A program made the position numbers and the translations under genes. A DNA stretch of 64,000 nucleotides, taken from the NCBI GenBank assembly GCA_963725865.1, contig CAVSAC010000014.1:1632001-1696000 (forward strand), given 5' to 3'. Positions 53,317 to 63,641 of the stretch are shown piece by piece. A model generated the notes under the pieces. It ran no database searches and was not told the DNA's origin. It saw nothing but the letters and a program-made list of their open reading frames with translations. Within the stretch, counting starts at the first letter, position 1, and every line of letters starts with the position of its first letter. Source of the stretch: Candidatus Eiseniibacteriota bacterium (GTDB lineage: Bacteria > Eisenbacteria > RBG-16-71-46).

Positions 53317-54792
53317 ATGGTCAAGGCGTCCAAGACCGCGAAGGCCCACTTCTTCTGCAGCGCGTGCGGCAACGAGGAGGCGCGCTGGTTCGGGCGCTGC
53401 CCATCGTGCGGGGCGTGGAACACCGCCGCGGAGGCGCCGGTCGCGGGTGGCACCGCCGCCACCGCGCGGCCCGGCAAGCCCACGCGCGCGCGCTGGGCGC
53501 CGCCCTCCGTCACCGCCGCTGGTCCGCGCCGGCTCGCCGACATCGAGTCGATCGACGCGCAGCGCGCGGCCACCGGCATGCGTGAGCTGGACCGGGTGCT
53601 GGGCGGCGGCATCGTCCCCGGCTCGCTGGTGCTGGTGGGCGGCGATCCCGGCATCGGCAAGAGCACGCTGATGCTGCAGCTCGCGAGCGCGCTCGCGCGC
53701 GAGGGCCGCCGCGTGCTCTACGTCACGGGCGAGGAGAGCGAAGCGCAGATCCGCATGCGGGGCGGGCGGCTCGGCGTGATCCCCGACGGGCTGCTGGTGC
53801 TGTGCGAGACCGACCTCGAGAGCCTGCTCGAGGCGGCGAATGCCGCCCAGCCCGACGCGCTGGTGGTGGACTCGATCCAGACCATGGCGCGCGCCGACCT
53901 CGACGGCGGCCCCGGCAGCGTGTCGCAGGTGCGCGAGTGCGGGCTCGCGCTGCTGCACTACGCCAAGGGCGCGCAGGTGCCGACGTTCCTGGTCGGCCAC
54001 GTCACCAAGGACGGCGCGGTCGCCGGCCCGCGCGTGCTCGAGCACATGGTGGACGCGGTGCTGTACCTGGAGGGCGAGCGCTACCAGCACTACCGCGTGC
54101 TGAGGGCCGCCAAGAACCGCTTCGGCTCCACTCACGAGCTGGGAGTGTTCGAGATGACCGACGCCGGCCTGCGCGAGGTCGCCAACCCGAGCGAGGCGTT
54201 CCTGTCGGAGTCGACGCGCAGCGCGCCCGGCATCGCGGTGGTGGCGAGCCTCGAGGGCTCGCGCCCGCTGCTGGTCGAGGTGCAGGCGCTGGTGTCGACG
54301 TCGTTCTACGGCACGCCGCAGCGCGTCACCGCCGGATTCGACGCCCGCCGGCTCGCGGTGCTGCTCGCGGTGCTCGAGCGCCGCGTCGGCCTGCGGCTCG
54401 GCCGCCACGACGTGTTCGTGACCGTGACCGGGGGACTGACGCTCGACGAGCCGGGCTGCGACCTGGGCGTGGCGCTGGCGGTGGCGTCGTCGTTCCGCAG
54501 CCGGCCGGTCCTCGATCGCACGCTCGCGGTGGGCGAGGTGAGCCTCTCGGGCGAGCTGCGCCGCGTGTCGCGACTCGGCGCGCGCGTGCGCGAGGCGGCC
54601 CAGATCGGCTTCCACCGCGCCGGGGTGCCGCGGGTGCAGAGCGACGAGGCGAAGGACTGCGGACTCGAGATCGTCCCGCTGAGCACCGTGCGCGAGGCGA
54701 TCGAGACGCTGCTGGGCGACCGGGTCGGACCGGCGGCGCCGCGTGGCGGCGAGCCGGGGGAAGAGGCCGCGCTCGAACCCGAGCGCGGGTGA
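53317..54792 (+). CDS. radA: DNA repair protein RadA/Sms
   Basis: CSACG...CPSCG, GDPGIGKST, KNRFG. Confidence 0.97.
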   Translation: MVKASKTAKAHFFCSACGNEEARWFGRCPSCGAWNTAAEAPVAGGTAATARPGKPTRARWAPPSVTAAGPRRLADIESIDAQRAATGMRELDRVLGGGIVPGSLVLVGGDPGIGKSTLMLQLASALAREGRRVLYVTGEESEAQIRMRGGRLGVIPDGLLVLCETDLESLLEAANAAQPDALVVDSIQTMARADLDGGPGSVSQVRECGLALLHYAKGAQVPTFLVGHVTKDGAVAGPRVLEHMVDAVLYLEGERYQHYRVLRAAKNRFGSTHELGVFEMTDAGLREVANPSEAFLSESTRSAPGIAVVASLEGSRPLLVEVQALVSTSFYGTPQRVTAGFDARRLAVLLAVLERRVGLRLGRHDVFVTVTGGLTLDEPGCDLGVALAVASSFRSRPVLDRTLAVGEVSLSGELRRVSRLGARVREAAQIGFHRAGVPRVQSDEAKDCGLEIVPLSTVREAIETLLGDRVGPAAPRGGEPGEEAALEPERG

Positions 54793-54873
54793 GGCATTCG
54801 AGAGCGTGATCCACGAGACCTGTCCGGAGCGTCCGGCGGGGGCGCTGGGGCGGGGACCTGAAAGGGCGTGACC

Positions 54874-55626
54874 ATGGACTGGAACGGACTGGCGACACGA
54901 TTGCGGGCGTCGTGTTCGCGCGAGATCGCGCGCGGCGACGGCTGGGTGTGCTACGCGCCCACCGGGGACGCGGTCGACGTGCGCGAGCTGATGGTGGAGT
55001 GCGCCACCGCCGAGGACTTCGACGACTGGACGCCCATGCACGGTGACCTGCGCGAGTCCGACGCGAGCCCCAGCGGCACCGCGGGCGCGCTGCACGACGA
55101 GTGGTCGGCGATCGAGGTGGTGGTGTGGGAGTGGGTGGGGCGCGCTTCGTCGTGGAGCGGATCGCTGTCGACGTTCGAGGCGAGCGACGGCCGCCACTAC
55201 GTCGCCCGCTTCCTCGACGGCGAACCCTATCTGGTGGTCGGCGCGATCACGCCCGCGCCCACGCGGGCTTCGTTCGTGGCGCTCTTCCGCCAGCTGATGA
55301 AGGACAACGGCGAGGAGTACGGCATCGACATGCTCGGCAGCCTGCCTGCCAGCACCGAGCTGCACCGACCCGACCTGCTGCCGCGCGAGGTGCTCACCGA
55401 GATCTACCGGGAGTGGGTGGAGAGCGCCGAGGCCGCGGGAACGCCGGCCTGGACGGACCTCGAGGAGCAGCTCGAGGACATGGAGCTCGACGAGGAGGAC
55501 GAGTTCGACGACGACGACGCCGAATCGGAATCCGAGGAGAGCGAGGGAGAGGAGCACGAGCGGCTCATCGAGGACTACGTCGCTTCGACCGTGTTGATCG
55601 TGGACCGTGACGAGGACGACGCGTGA
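54874..55626 (+). CDS. Acidic hypothetical protein
   Basis: Long ORF with host codon bias and an Asp/Glu-rich tail; in-frame GTG also at 54868. Confidence 0.75.
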   Translation: MDWNGLATRLRASCSREIARGDGWVCYAPTGDAVDVRELMVECATAEDFDDWTPMHGDLRESDASPSGTAGALHDEWSAIEVVVWEWVGRASSWSGSLSTFEASDGRHYVARFLDGEPYLVVGAITPAPTRASFVALFRQLMKDNGEEYGIDMLGSLPASTELHRPDLLPREVLTEIYREWVESAEAAGTPAWTDLEEQLEDMELDEEDEFDDDDAESESEESEGEEHERLIEDYVASTVLIVDRDEDDA

Positions 55627-55636
55627 GGCCGTGGCG

Positions 55637-56308
55637 ATGAAGGTCGGTGCCATCCTGTTGTGCGCCGGTCGGGGCGAGCGACTCGGCGCGGGCGTGCCCA
55701 AGGCGCTGGCGCCGCTGGCTGGCCGCCCGCTGTTCACGTGGGGCCTCGACGCGCTCGAACGCACCGCGGCAGTCGACGCGATCGTCGTGGTGGGGCCGGT
55801 GCGATCCCTGCAGGAAGCGCTGTGGGCGAGCGGCATGCACGCGCCCAAGGTGTCGCAGTGGTGCGAAGGCGGCCGCGAGCGCCAGCACTCCGTCGGCCGC
55901 GGTCTGGCGGCGCTGCCGGAGGATTGCGATGTCGTGCTGGTGCACGACGCAGCGCGCGCGCTGGCGAGCCCCGCGCTGATCGGGCGGGTGATCGCCGACG
56001 CGAAGACCCACGGCGCCGCGATCGCCGCGGTGCCACTCGACGACACGCTCAAGCGCGCCTCGCTCGACGTGATCGAGGACACCGTGCCGCGCGCGGGGCT
56101 GTGGCGGGCCCAGACCCCGCAGGCCTTCCTGCGCGCGTGGCTCGTGGAGGCGCACGCGCAGGCGGGCGCCGTGGCGACCGACGACGCCGCGCTGGTCGAG
56201 GCGCTCGGCAAGCGGGTGCGGCTGACGATGGGCGAGCCGTCCAATTTCAAGATCACCACCGCCGACGATCTGCGCCTGGCACAGGCGTGGTTGTCGACCC
56301 AGGCCTAG
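55637..56308 (+). CDS. ispD: 2-C-methyl-D-erythritol 4-phosphate cytidylyltransferase
   Basis: AGRGERLG..PK, VHDAAR, AQTPQAF, TDDA, NFKITT. Confidence 0.95.
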   Translation: MKVGAILLCAGRGERLGAGVPKALAPLAGRPLFTWGLDALERTAAVDAIVVVGPVRSLQEALWASGMHAPKVSQWCEGGRERQHSVGRGLAALPEDCDVVLVHDAARALASPALIGRVIADAKTHGAAIAAVPLDDTLKRASLDVIEDTVPRAGLWRAQTPQAFLRAWLVEAHAQAGAVATDDAALVEALGKRVRLTMGEPSNFKITTADDLRLAQAWLSTQA

Positions 56309-56316
56309 GAGGGCGC

Positions 56317-56799
56317 ATGCCGCTGCGGATCGGGATGGGTTACGACGTGCACCGGAAGGTCGACGGCCGCCCATGCGTGCTGGGCGGCGTGGCGTTCGAG
56401 GGCGAGCGCGGGCTCGAGGGCTACAGCGATGCCGACGTCCTCGCCCACGCGATCGGCGACGCGCTGCTCGGCGCGGTCGCGCTCGGCGACCTCGGCAAGC
56501 ACTTCCCGCCGGGCGATCCGCGCTGGAAGGACATCTCGAGCATGGAGCTGCTGCGGCTGATCAGCGCGCAGCTCGACGGGGTGGGCGCGCGGATCGTGAA
56601 CGTGGACACCACCGTGGTGGCGCAGTGGCCGCAGATCGCGCCCAAGCGCGACGTGATGCGCACCACCATCGCGCTGGCACTCAAGGTCGGCGTGGGGCAG
56701 GTGTCGGTGAAGGCGACCACCAACGAGGGGCTGGACGCGATCGGCCGCGACGAGGGCATCGCGGCGTGGGCGGTGGCGATGGTGGAGGCGAGGGAGTAG
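56317..56799 (+). CDS. ispF: MEcPP synthase
   Basis: RIGMGYDVH, SDADVLAHAIGDALLGA, VKATTNE. Confidence 0.95.
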   Translation: MPLRIGMGYDVHRKVDGRPCVLGGVAFEGERGLEGYSDADVLAHAIGDALLGAVALGDLGKHFPPGDPRWKDISSMELLRLISAQLDGVGARIVNVDTTVVAQWPQIAPKRDVMRTTIALALKVGVGQVSVKATTNEGLDAIGRDEGIAAWAVAMVEARE

Positions 56800-56830
56800 C
56801 CGCCGCGGCCGGCGACGTCGATCCCGCCCG

Positions 56831-58750
56831 CTACGGCTGCGGCAGCACGCGCACGGTCAGCCGGCTCGCGTGCGCCTTCGAGCGCAGCACGCGCTGCGTC
56901 GCGGCGACGAAGTCCGAGTCCTGCGCCTCGAAGATGTTCGGCACGAAGGTCTGCGGGTTGCGGTCGATGAACGGGAACCAGCTGCTCTGGATCTGGATCA
57001 TCACGCGGTGCCCGCGCTCGAACGTGTGACAGACGTCGTTGATTCGGAATGCGACCCGCGCGGGCTCGCCGGGCGTGAACGACCGCGGATGCTCGTAGGA
57101 GTCGCGGAACCGGCCGCGGAAGGGCTCGCCGCGCACCAGCATCTGACGGCCGCCGGGGTAGCGCGCCTTGTCCTCGCGCTCGAGCCCGGGCAGCGTGCCG
57201 GGATACTCGTCGATCAGCTTGACCACGAAGTCGGCGTCGGTGCCGGTGGTGGTCACCCACAGCTCGGCCTCCAGCGGCCCCGCGAGCGTCAGGTCCTCCG
57301 CGAGCGGCGCGCTGCGGTAGACGAGCACATCGGGCCGGCGCGCGGCGAAGCGCTGATCCTCGGTCATGTACTCCTTCGACCAGCCGGGCTCGATCGTCTG
57401 CGTGTAGGGCACCGGCTTCGCCGGATCGCTGACGTACGCGTCGCCCTCGTCCGCTTCCGAGGCGGGGGCGCTCCACGCGAGCGTCCCGCCCTCGCGCAGG
57501 TAGAGACTGCGCGTCTCGACGCCGGGCGGCGGCCACGACTCGAAGCGCCGCCAGCGGTTCGCGCCGGTCTCGAACACCAGCGCTTCGGGCAGGTCGGCGA
57601 CGCCCGCGCCCTTCAGGTGCTCGCGGAAGAACGGCAGCGCGACGTGTTCCTGGTACCAGGTCGACGTGGGGAAGCCGAACTTCGCCGTGCCGAGCGAGTC
57701 GCCGGTGTCGCGGACCCACTGGCCGTGGGACCAGGGGCCCATCACGAGCTGGTTCGACAGCCGCGGGTTCTGCCGCTCCAGCGCGTCGTACGTGTGGAGC
57801 GCGCCGTAGAGGTCCTCGGTGTCGAACCAGCCGCCGACGGTCAGCACCGCGCAGCGCACGTTTCTCAGGTGCGGGAGCGTGTTGCGCGTCTGCCAGAACG
57901 CGTCGTAGTCCGGGTGCGCGGCGATCTGCTTCCAGAACGGCACCTTGTCCTTCAGGTAGCGCGCGTTCGCGTTGGCGAGCGGGCCCATGTCGAGCAGGAA
58001 CTGGTAGGTGTCCGGAGTCTTGAGGTCGATGCGCGGCACGTTCTCGACCGTCAGGCTGTCGCGCGGGACGCCGAAGCTCGAGAAGAACAGGAACGCGAGC
58101 GTGACGTTGAACGTGCCGTGACGGTGCATGTCGTCCCAGAACCAGTCGGCGATCGGCGCCTGCGGAGAGGCGGCGACCAGCGCGGGATGCGTGTCGATGA
58201 TGCCCTCGGCCGTGTAGAAGCCTCCATACGAGAGCCCCCACAGGCCGACCCGGCCGTTGTTGAACGCGACGTGCTTCACGAGCCAGTCGATGGTGTCGTA
58301 CGCGTCGCTGCTCTCGTCGACCTGGGCGCCGTGCTTGGCGTCGATGTGCGGGCGCATGTCGACGAACTCGCCCTCGGACATGGAGCGACCGCGCACGTCC
58401 TGCCAGACGAAGATGAAGCCGTCCTGCTCGAAACCCTCCGCGGGGCCGATCGCGGTGCGGTAGCGGTCGGCGCCGTACGGGGCCACCGAGTAGGGCGTAC
58501 GCGTCATGAGGATCGGGTAGCGCTTCGCGGGGGAGGCGTCGTTCGGCACGTACACCGACGTGAACAGGCGTGCGCCGTCGCGCATCGGGATGCGGAACTC
58601 ATACTTCGCGTAGTGTGCGCGGATGGCGGCCGCGCGCTTCTCCGCGGCCTCGTCGGCGCGGGCCGGGGACGGCACGGCGAGACCCACGAGCGCCGCGATC
58701 GCGAGCGCCATGAGGACGAGCCGTGCGGGTCCCGGCGTGCGGGTCGGCAT
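56831..58750 (-). CDS. CocE/NonD-family (alpha-amino acid ester hydrolase-like) secreted hydrolase
   Basis: IPMRDG, RTPY, QDVRGR, GLSYGG nucleophile elbow, GPWSHG, SSWFP. Confidence 0.93.
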   Translation of the reverse strand: MPTRTPGPARLVLMALAIAALVGLAVPSPARADEAAEKRAAAIRAHYAKYEFRIPMRDGARLFTSVYVPNDASPAKRYPILMTRTPYSVAPYGADRYRTAIGPAEGFEQDGFIFVWQDVRGRSMSEGEFVDMRPHIDAKHGAQVDESSDAYDTIDWLVKHVAFNNGRVGLWGLSYGGFYTAEGIIDTHPALVAASPQAPIADWFWDDMHRHGTFNVTLAFLFFSSFGVPRDSLTVENVPRIDLKTPDTYQFLLDMGPLANANARYLKDKVPFWKQIAAHPDYDAFWQTRNTLPHLRNVRCAVLTVGGWFDTEDLYGALHTYDALERQNPRLSNQLVMGPWSHGQWVRDTGDSLGTAKFGFPTSTWYQEHVALPFFREHLKGAGVADLPEALVFETGANRWRRFESWPPPGVETRSLYLREGGTLAWSAPASEADEGDAYVSDPAKPVPYTQTIEPGWSKEYMTEDQRFAARRPDVLVYRSAPLAEDLTLAGPLEAELWVTTTGTDADFVVKLIDEYPGTLPGLEREDKARYPGGRQMLVRGEPFRGRFRDSYEHPRSFTPGEPARVAFRINDVCHTFERGHRVMIQIQSSWFPFIDRNPQTFVPNIFEAQDSDFVAATQRVLRSKAHASRLTVRVLPQP

Positions 58751-58916
58751 CGTGAGCTCCTGGGGGTGCGATGCGCATCGCGCGTCGCGAGTGGGGGACG
58801 GGGCAACCAGCATCGCGCCAGACCTTAGGCCATCACGTCGTCCGAGGGAACGCTCCGCATAAGCCGGGCCGCCGCCCCTCCACCGCCGCCCACCGCGCCT
58901 CGAAGTGAAACGAGGG

Positions 58917-58967
58917 CTGCCCCCCGTCCCAGCCGCGGCTCGTCGCCGCGGTGGGAGCGAGGGGCAG
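58917..58967 (-). terminator. Long imperfect hairpin after the lamin-tail gene
   Basis: CTGCCCC...CCGCGGC/GCCGCGG...GGGGCAG, followed by a short T run on the minus strand. Confidence 0.45.
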
Positions 58968-58997
58968 TGCCTACGCCCGCATCGGGGGTGAGCGGGG

Positions 58998-61691
58998 CTA
59001 CCGGATGACCGCCACGCGCTGCATGAAGTGCCGTCCCGGGGTCTCGAGACGGATGAAGTAGATGCCGGGACTCGTGCGCCCGCTACTGCGCGCGCCGTTC
59101 CACGTCACGTGGTGCCGGCCCGCCGGGTACACGCCGTCCGCGAGCACCGCGACCAGGCGGCCCTGGACGTCGAGCACGTGCAGCTGGATCGCCGTCTCCT
59201 GCGGCAGGGCGAAATCCAGGCTCAGCGGGCCGCTCGACGGATTGGGCGCCACCGGGGCGAGCGCGAACTCCGTGATCGGCACCTCGCCGGTCGCCAGCCA
59301 GTACGAGCAGTAACTGGGCGGCGACGCCGAGTTGCGCGGCCCCGGTGTCGCGGCCGCGAGGTCGATCAGGTTGTTCCCCGAGTCGTCGCAGCCAGCGTGA
59401 TTGCGGAACGCCGCCGACTGGTTGTCGAGGGCCGCCATCGCGACGCCTTCGGCGCATTCGGCCGCACCGTAGCCCACCAGGTCCACGATGTCCGGACTGG
59501 TCGGGCAGTTGCCCGTCAGCACGATGTTGTTGCGCACCAGCGCCACCTTGCCGCCCGTCGCATTGACCTCGATGGTGCCGATCGCGTCGGGCACGGGCAG
59601 CGTCAGCGAGCCGTTCGCGCCCAGCGCCAGCGCCACCAGGAAGTAGTGTCCGGGCGGGATCGAACCGACGAGCGTGGTCGTGAGCCACGTGTCACTTCCG
59701 ACGGCCGAGTACTGCACCGTCCAGCCGGTCACGTCGGTGGTGGTGTTGCCGGCGTTGTACAGCTCGACGTAGTCGTTCTTGTAGATCGCCCCGTCGTTGC
59801 CACCGCCGCCATACACCTGGCTGATGACGATCAGGTCGGTGAGCGTGTGCGGCACGAAGTGCGCGACCACCGTTTTGTCGCCGTCCATCACCACCGTCAC
59901 CGGGCTGACCGAGCCGGTGGCGTCGCCGGTCCAGCCGGCGAAGCGGTAGGGGTCGGCGCGTGTCGCCGTGAGCTGCACGGGCGTGCCGAACGCATAGGTC
60001 GCCTGATCGGGCGACCGCGCCACGGTGCCGCCGTCGGGGGGATCCACGGTGACGCTGAGCGTGAAGTGGCAGGAGTGCACCGGGGAGCCGCTGTTGCGCG
60101 GCGTCGGACCACCGGGGGCGAAGTTCGCGGCGTTGTCGTCAGTGTCCGCGCATCCGCCGCTCTTGCGCAGAGCTGCGGTGGTGTTGTCCAGTGCCGCCGC
60201 CGCGGTGCCCTCCGAGCAGGTGGCCGTGCCGTAGCCGACCAGGTCCACGATGCCGCCGCCGCTGGGACAGTCACCCGTGAGCGCGGCGGTGGTGTTGACC
60301 AGCGCCACCTTGCCGTCGCTCGCGTTGATCGCGATGGCTCCGGTGGCGTCGGGGGTCGGGAGTTCGTCGGTGCCGCCGGCTCCCTGCGCCTCCTGCACGA
60401 GGTAGTAGCCACCTGCAGGCAGGGTGCCGGAGAGAGCGGTGGTGGACCAGGTGGTGCCGCTGGCGGTGGCGTATTGCACCGTCCAGCCGCTGATGTCCAC
60501 CGGCACGTCGCCGCGGTTGAACAGCTCGATGAAGTCGTGCTTGAGCGTGGCGCCCGCGTTGCCGCCGCCGCCGTAGACCTGGCTGACGACGACCAGACCG
60601 CCCGCGGTGTTGGCCACAAACGTGGCGCCGATGGTCTTGCTGGCGTCCATGGTGACCGACAGCGGATTGGCGCTGCCGCTCGCGTCACCGCTCCAGCCCA
60701 CGAAATGCCAGCCGGGGTCGGCGGTCGCGGTGAGCTGGACGATGCTGCCGCTGTCGTACACCGGCTGGTCCGGATCGCGCGTCACCACGCCGTTGCCCGT
60801 CACGTTCACGGTGAGCGTGAAGGGATTGAGCGCGAACGTGGCGGTGATCGACTTCGGCGCATCCATCAGCACCGACAGCGGATTGACGGAGCCGGTCGCG
60901 TCGCCGGACCAGCTGACGAAGTTGTAGCCGGTGGCGGGCGTCGCGGTGACCAGGACGTTGCTGCCGTGCAGGTAGGTGGCCTGATCGGGTGCCTTGTCGA
61001 CGGTGCCGCCGCCGGGCGGCGTCACGGCGAGGTCCAGCGTGTACTGGCAGGAGTGCGACGGCGACGCGCTGTTGCGCGGCGTGGGCGCGGACTCGGCGAA
61101 GTCGGCCGCGTTGTTGTCGGTCTCCTCGCAGCCGCTGCTCTTGCGGATGGCGGCCGAGGTGTTGCTCAGCGTCGGCGCCGGACTGCCCTCCGAGCAGCTC
61201 GCTGCACCGTAGCCGATCATGTCGACGATGCCGCCGCTCGGGCAGGTGCCCGACAGCGCGGCGGTGGCACTGACCAGCGCGACCTTGGCGGCGGTCGCGC
61301 TCATCACGATGGTGCCGGTGGCGTCCGGGGTCGGCAGATTGACGCTGCCGCCGGCGCCCTGGGCCTCCTGGATCAGGTAATAGCCGCCCGCGGGAATGGA
61401 GCCCGAGAGCGTGGTCGTCGACCACCCGGACCCGGCGGCGGACGCGTACTGCACCGTCCAGCCCGTGAGGTCGACCGCGACGTCGCCGCGATTGAACAGC
61501 TCGATGAAGTCGTTCTTGAGCGTCGCTCCCGAGTTGCCGCCGCCGCCGTACACCTGACTGATGACGACGGAATTCGACGCTGCGAGCGTGGCGCGCGGCA
61601 AGGCGCTGAGTGCTGCCAGAGCCGGCAGGATCGCAGTGAGGGCGAACCCGACGACCCGCGAGATGGAATGCGTGCACCTCCGGAGGCTCAT
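58998..61691 (-). CDS. Secreted protein with 3 lamin-tail domains, 3 InlB-B-like repeats and a FlgD-Ig/T9SS-type CTD
   Basis: Three SQVYGGGGN...D[FY][IV]EL[FY]N units, FxxW[ST]GDA repeats, PNP...GIYFIRL. Confidence 0.88.
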   Translation of the reverse strand: MSLRRCTHSISRVVGFALTAILPALAALSALPRATLAASNSVVISQVYGGGGNSGATLKNDFIELFNRGDVAVDLTGWTVQYASAAGSGWSTTTLSGSIPAGGYYLIQEAQGAGGSVNLPTPDATGTIVMSATAAKVALVSATAALSGTCPSGGIVDMIGYGAASCSEGSPAPTLSNTSAAIRKSSGCEETDNNAADFAESAPTPRNSASPSHSCQYTLDLAVTPPGGGTVDKAPDQATYLHGSNVLVTATPATGYNFVSWSGDATGSVNPLSVLMDAPKSITATFALNPFTLTVNVTGNGVVTRDPDQPVYDSGSIVQLTATADPGWHFVGWSGDASGSANPLSVTMDASKTIGATFVANTAGGLVVVSQVYGGGGNAGATLKHDFIELFNRGDVPVDISGWTVQYATASGTTWSTTALSGTLPAGGYYLVQEAQGAGGTDELPTPDATGAIAINASDGKVALVNTTAALTGDCPSGGGIVDLVGYGTATCSEGTAAAALDNTTAALRKSGGCADTDDNAANFAPGGPTPRNSGSPVHSCHFTLSVTVDPPDGGTVARSPDQATYAFGTPVQLTATRADPYRFAGWTGDATGSVSPVTVVMDGDKTVVAHFVPHTLTDLIVISQVYGGGGNDGAIYKNDYVELYNAGNTTTDVTGWTVQYSAVGSDTWLTTTLVGSIPPGHYFLVALALGANGSLTLPVPDAIGTIEVNATGGKVALVRNNIVLTGNCPTSPDIVDLVGYGAAECAEGVAMAALDNQSAAFRNHAGCDDSGNNLIDLAAATPGPRNSASPPSYCSYWLATGEVPITEFALAPVAPNPSSGPLSLDFALPQETAIQLHVLDVQGRLVAVLADGVYPAGRHHVTWNGARSSGRTSPGIYFIRLETPGRHFMQRVAVIR

Positions 61692-62165
61692 GATCCACTC
61701 CTTCATCTCTCTGATCAGACCGCTGCGTTCAGAGTTGGGTAGTGGAACGCGGAGCGAGCGATGATCGATCGAGCACCACGTTCCAGCAGGCTGGGTGGGG
61801 GGCCAGCGCTCAGCAGCTGGCGTGACGGACGATGACGAATTCCTCCTGTTCCCGGGGGACGATCGGGCGTGGCTCTGCAGAGGGAGGATCCGGGGCGCGA
61901 CTCGGGGGAGGGTGCGGAGTCGCGAAACGCAGGGGAGATCCGTCCATGACGCTACGCGTGGTTCAAGGAATCGACAAGGACCAATGCGGCACGGTGCGTG
62001 GATTCTTTCGCCGCGGAGTGCCTCTGCAGGGAGACACTCGCCGTTCGCGGTCCGCCCAACCGCGCCGCGACCGGCGCCGCTTCGGCGCGAGAGCGCCGCG
62101 CTGGAGTTTCGTGTAGCCTCACACGCCGTCGGTCCGATCCCGGACCGCGCGAGGATCTGGGGAGC

Positions 62166-63641
62166 ATGACCGATCGTCCCATCGAACCCGTCCGGGTCCG
62201 CTTCGCACCCAGCCCCACCGGCGGGCTGCACGTGGGCGGAGCGCGCACGGCCTACTTCAACTGGCTGTTCGCCCGCCAGCATCGCGGCGTGCTGGTGCTG
62301 CGCATCGAGGACACGGACGTCGAGCGCTCGAGCGATGCCAGCGAGCGCGGGGTGCTCGACGACCTGCGCTGGCTCGCCCTCGGCTGGGACGAGGGGCCTG
62401 ACGTGGGCGGGCCGTTCGGCCCCTACCGGCAGAGCGAGCGGGTAGCGCTCTATCGCGAGCGCGCCGAGGCGCTGCTGGCGCGAGGGCTCGCGTACCCCTG
62501 CTTCTGCACCGACGCGGACCTCGAGCTGCGGCGCGCCGCCGCGCTCGCCGCTGGCCGGCCCCCGCACTACGACGGTCGCTGCCGGGCGCTCGCGGGCACC
62601 GAGCGCGCCGCCCGGCTGCGCGAGGGCGGGCCCTGGAGCGTGCGATTCGCGGTCGAGCCGCGCGGCTGGGTGCTGGACGACGAGGTGCGGGGCGAGGTGC
62701 GGTTCCCGCCCGGCATGGTGGGCGACTTCGTGCTGGTGCGCTCGAGCGGGCTCCCGACGTACAACTTCGCCTGCGCCGTGGACGACGCCGCGATGAGGAT
62801 CAGCCACGTGATTCGTGCGGAGGAGCACCTCTCCAACACCGCGCGGCAGCTGATGCTGATCGAGGCGCTGGGCGAGCCGGCGCCGCGCTACGCGCACGCG
62901 CCCCTGATCCTCAACGCCGATCGCAGCAAGATGAGCAAACGCGCCGGTGAGGCCGCGGTCGCCGTGGGTGACTGGCGGCGCGCGGGCTACGTGGGCGACG
63001 CGCTGCTCTCGTACCTGGCGCTGCTCGGGTTCCACCCGGGCGACGCGCGCGAGATTCTTTCGCGCGAGGAGCTGCTGGCGGCGTTCTCGCTCGAGCGGGT
63101 GGGCGCCAGCGGCTCGGTGTTCGATCCGGACAAGCTGCGCTGGACGAACGCGCACGTGCTCCATCACGCGAGTGGCGCCCAGCTCGCCGACTGGAGCGCG
63201 GGGTTCCTGCCGGAGGCGGCGCTGGCGCTGTCGCGCGCGACGCTCGAGGCGTGGCTGGAGCTGGTGCGCGGCAACCTCACCACCCTCGCCGACGTCGCGG
63301 GCGAGCTGGCGCCGCTGCTCGAGGTGCCGCTGTCGTTCGAGCCCGACGCGGCGCAGGCGCTGGCGTCGCCGCGCGCGCGGGCGCTGTGTGGTGAGCTGGC
63401 CGCCGCGCTCGAGACCCTTGCGGAGTACCGCGCCGAAGTGTTCAAATCCGCGCTTCGATCGCTTGGCGAACGCCTCGGAGTGAAGGGCAAGGAGCTGTTC
63501 CAGCCGGTTCGCGCGGCTCTCACGGGGCGCGTGCATGGTCCCGAACTGCCGCGCCTGGCCGAGTCGCTCGGACGTGAGCGCTGCGTCGCACGGCTGCGCG
63601 CAGCGGCGGAACCTCATCCTTCGCAGGGAGGCATCGCATGA
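62166..63641 (+). CDS. gltX: Glutamate--tRNA ligase
   Basis: RFAPSPTGGLHVGG, LRIEDTD, KMSKR, C-terminal anticodon-binding domain. Confidence 0.96.
   Translation: MTDRPIEPVRVRFAPSPTGGLHVGGARTAYFNWLFARQHRGVLVLRIEDTDVERSSDASERGVLDDLRWLALGWDEGPDVGGPFGPYRQSERVALYRERAEALLARGLAYPCFCTDADLELRRAAALAAGRPPHYDGRCRALAGTERAARLREGGPWSVRFAVEPRGWVLDDEVRGEVRFPPGMVGDFVLVRSSGLPTYNFACAVDDAAMRISHVIRAEEHLSNTARQLMLIEALGEPAPRYAHAPLILNADRSKMSKRAGEAAVAVGDWRRAGYVGDALLSYLALLGFHPGDAREILSREELLAAFSLERVGASGSVFDPDKLRWTNAHVLHHASGAQLADWSAGFLPEAALALSRATLEAWLELVRGNLTTLADVAGELAPLLEVPLSFEPDAAQALASPRARALCGELAAALETLAEYRAEVFKSALRSLGERLGVKGKELFQPVRAALTGRVHGPELPRLAESLGRERCVARLRAAAEPHPSQGGIA

Noticed and set aside
61692..62165. Riboswitch or ncRNA in the 470-bp divergent intergenic region
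   Set aside because: Local hairpins only and no recognisable aptamer or T-box motif; an Rfam scan would be needed
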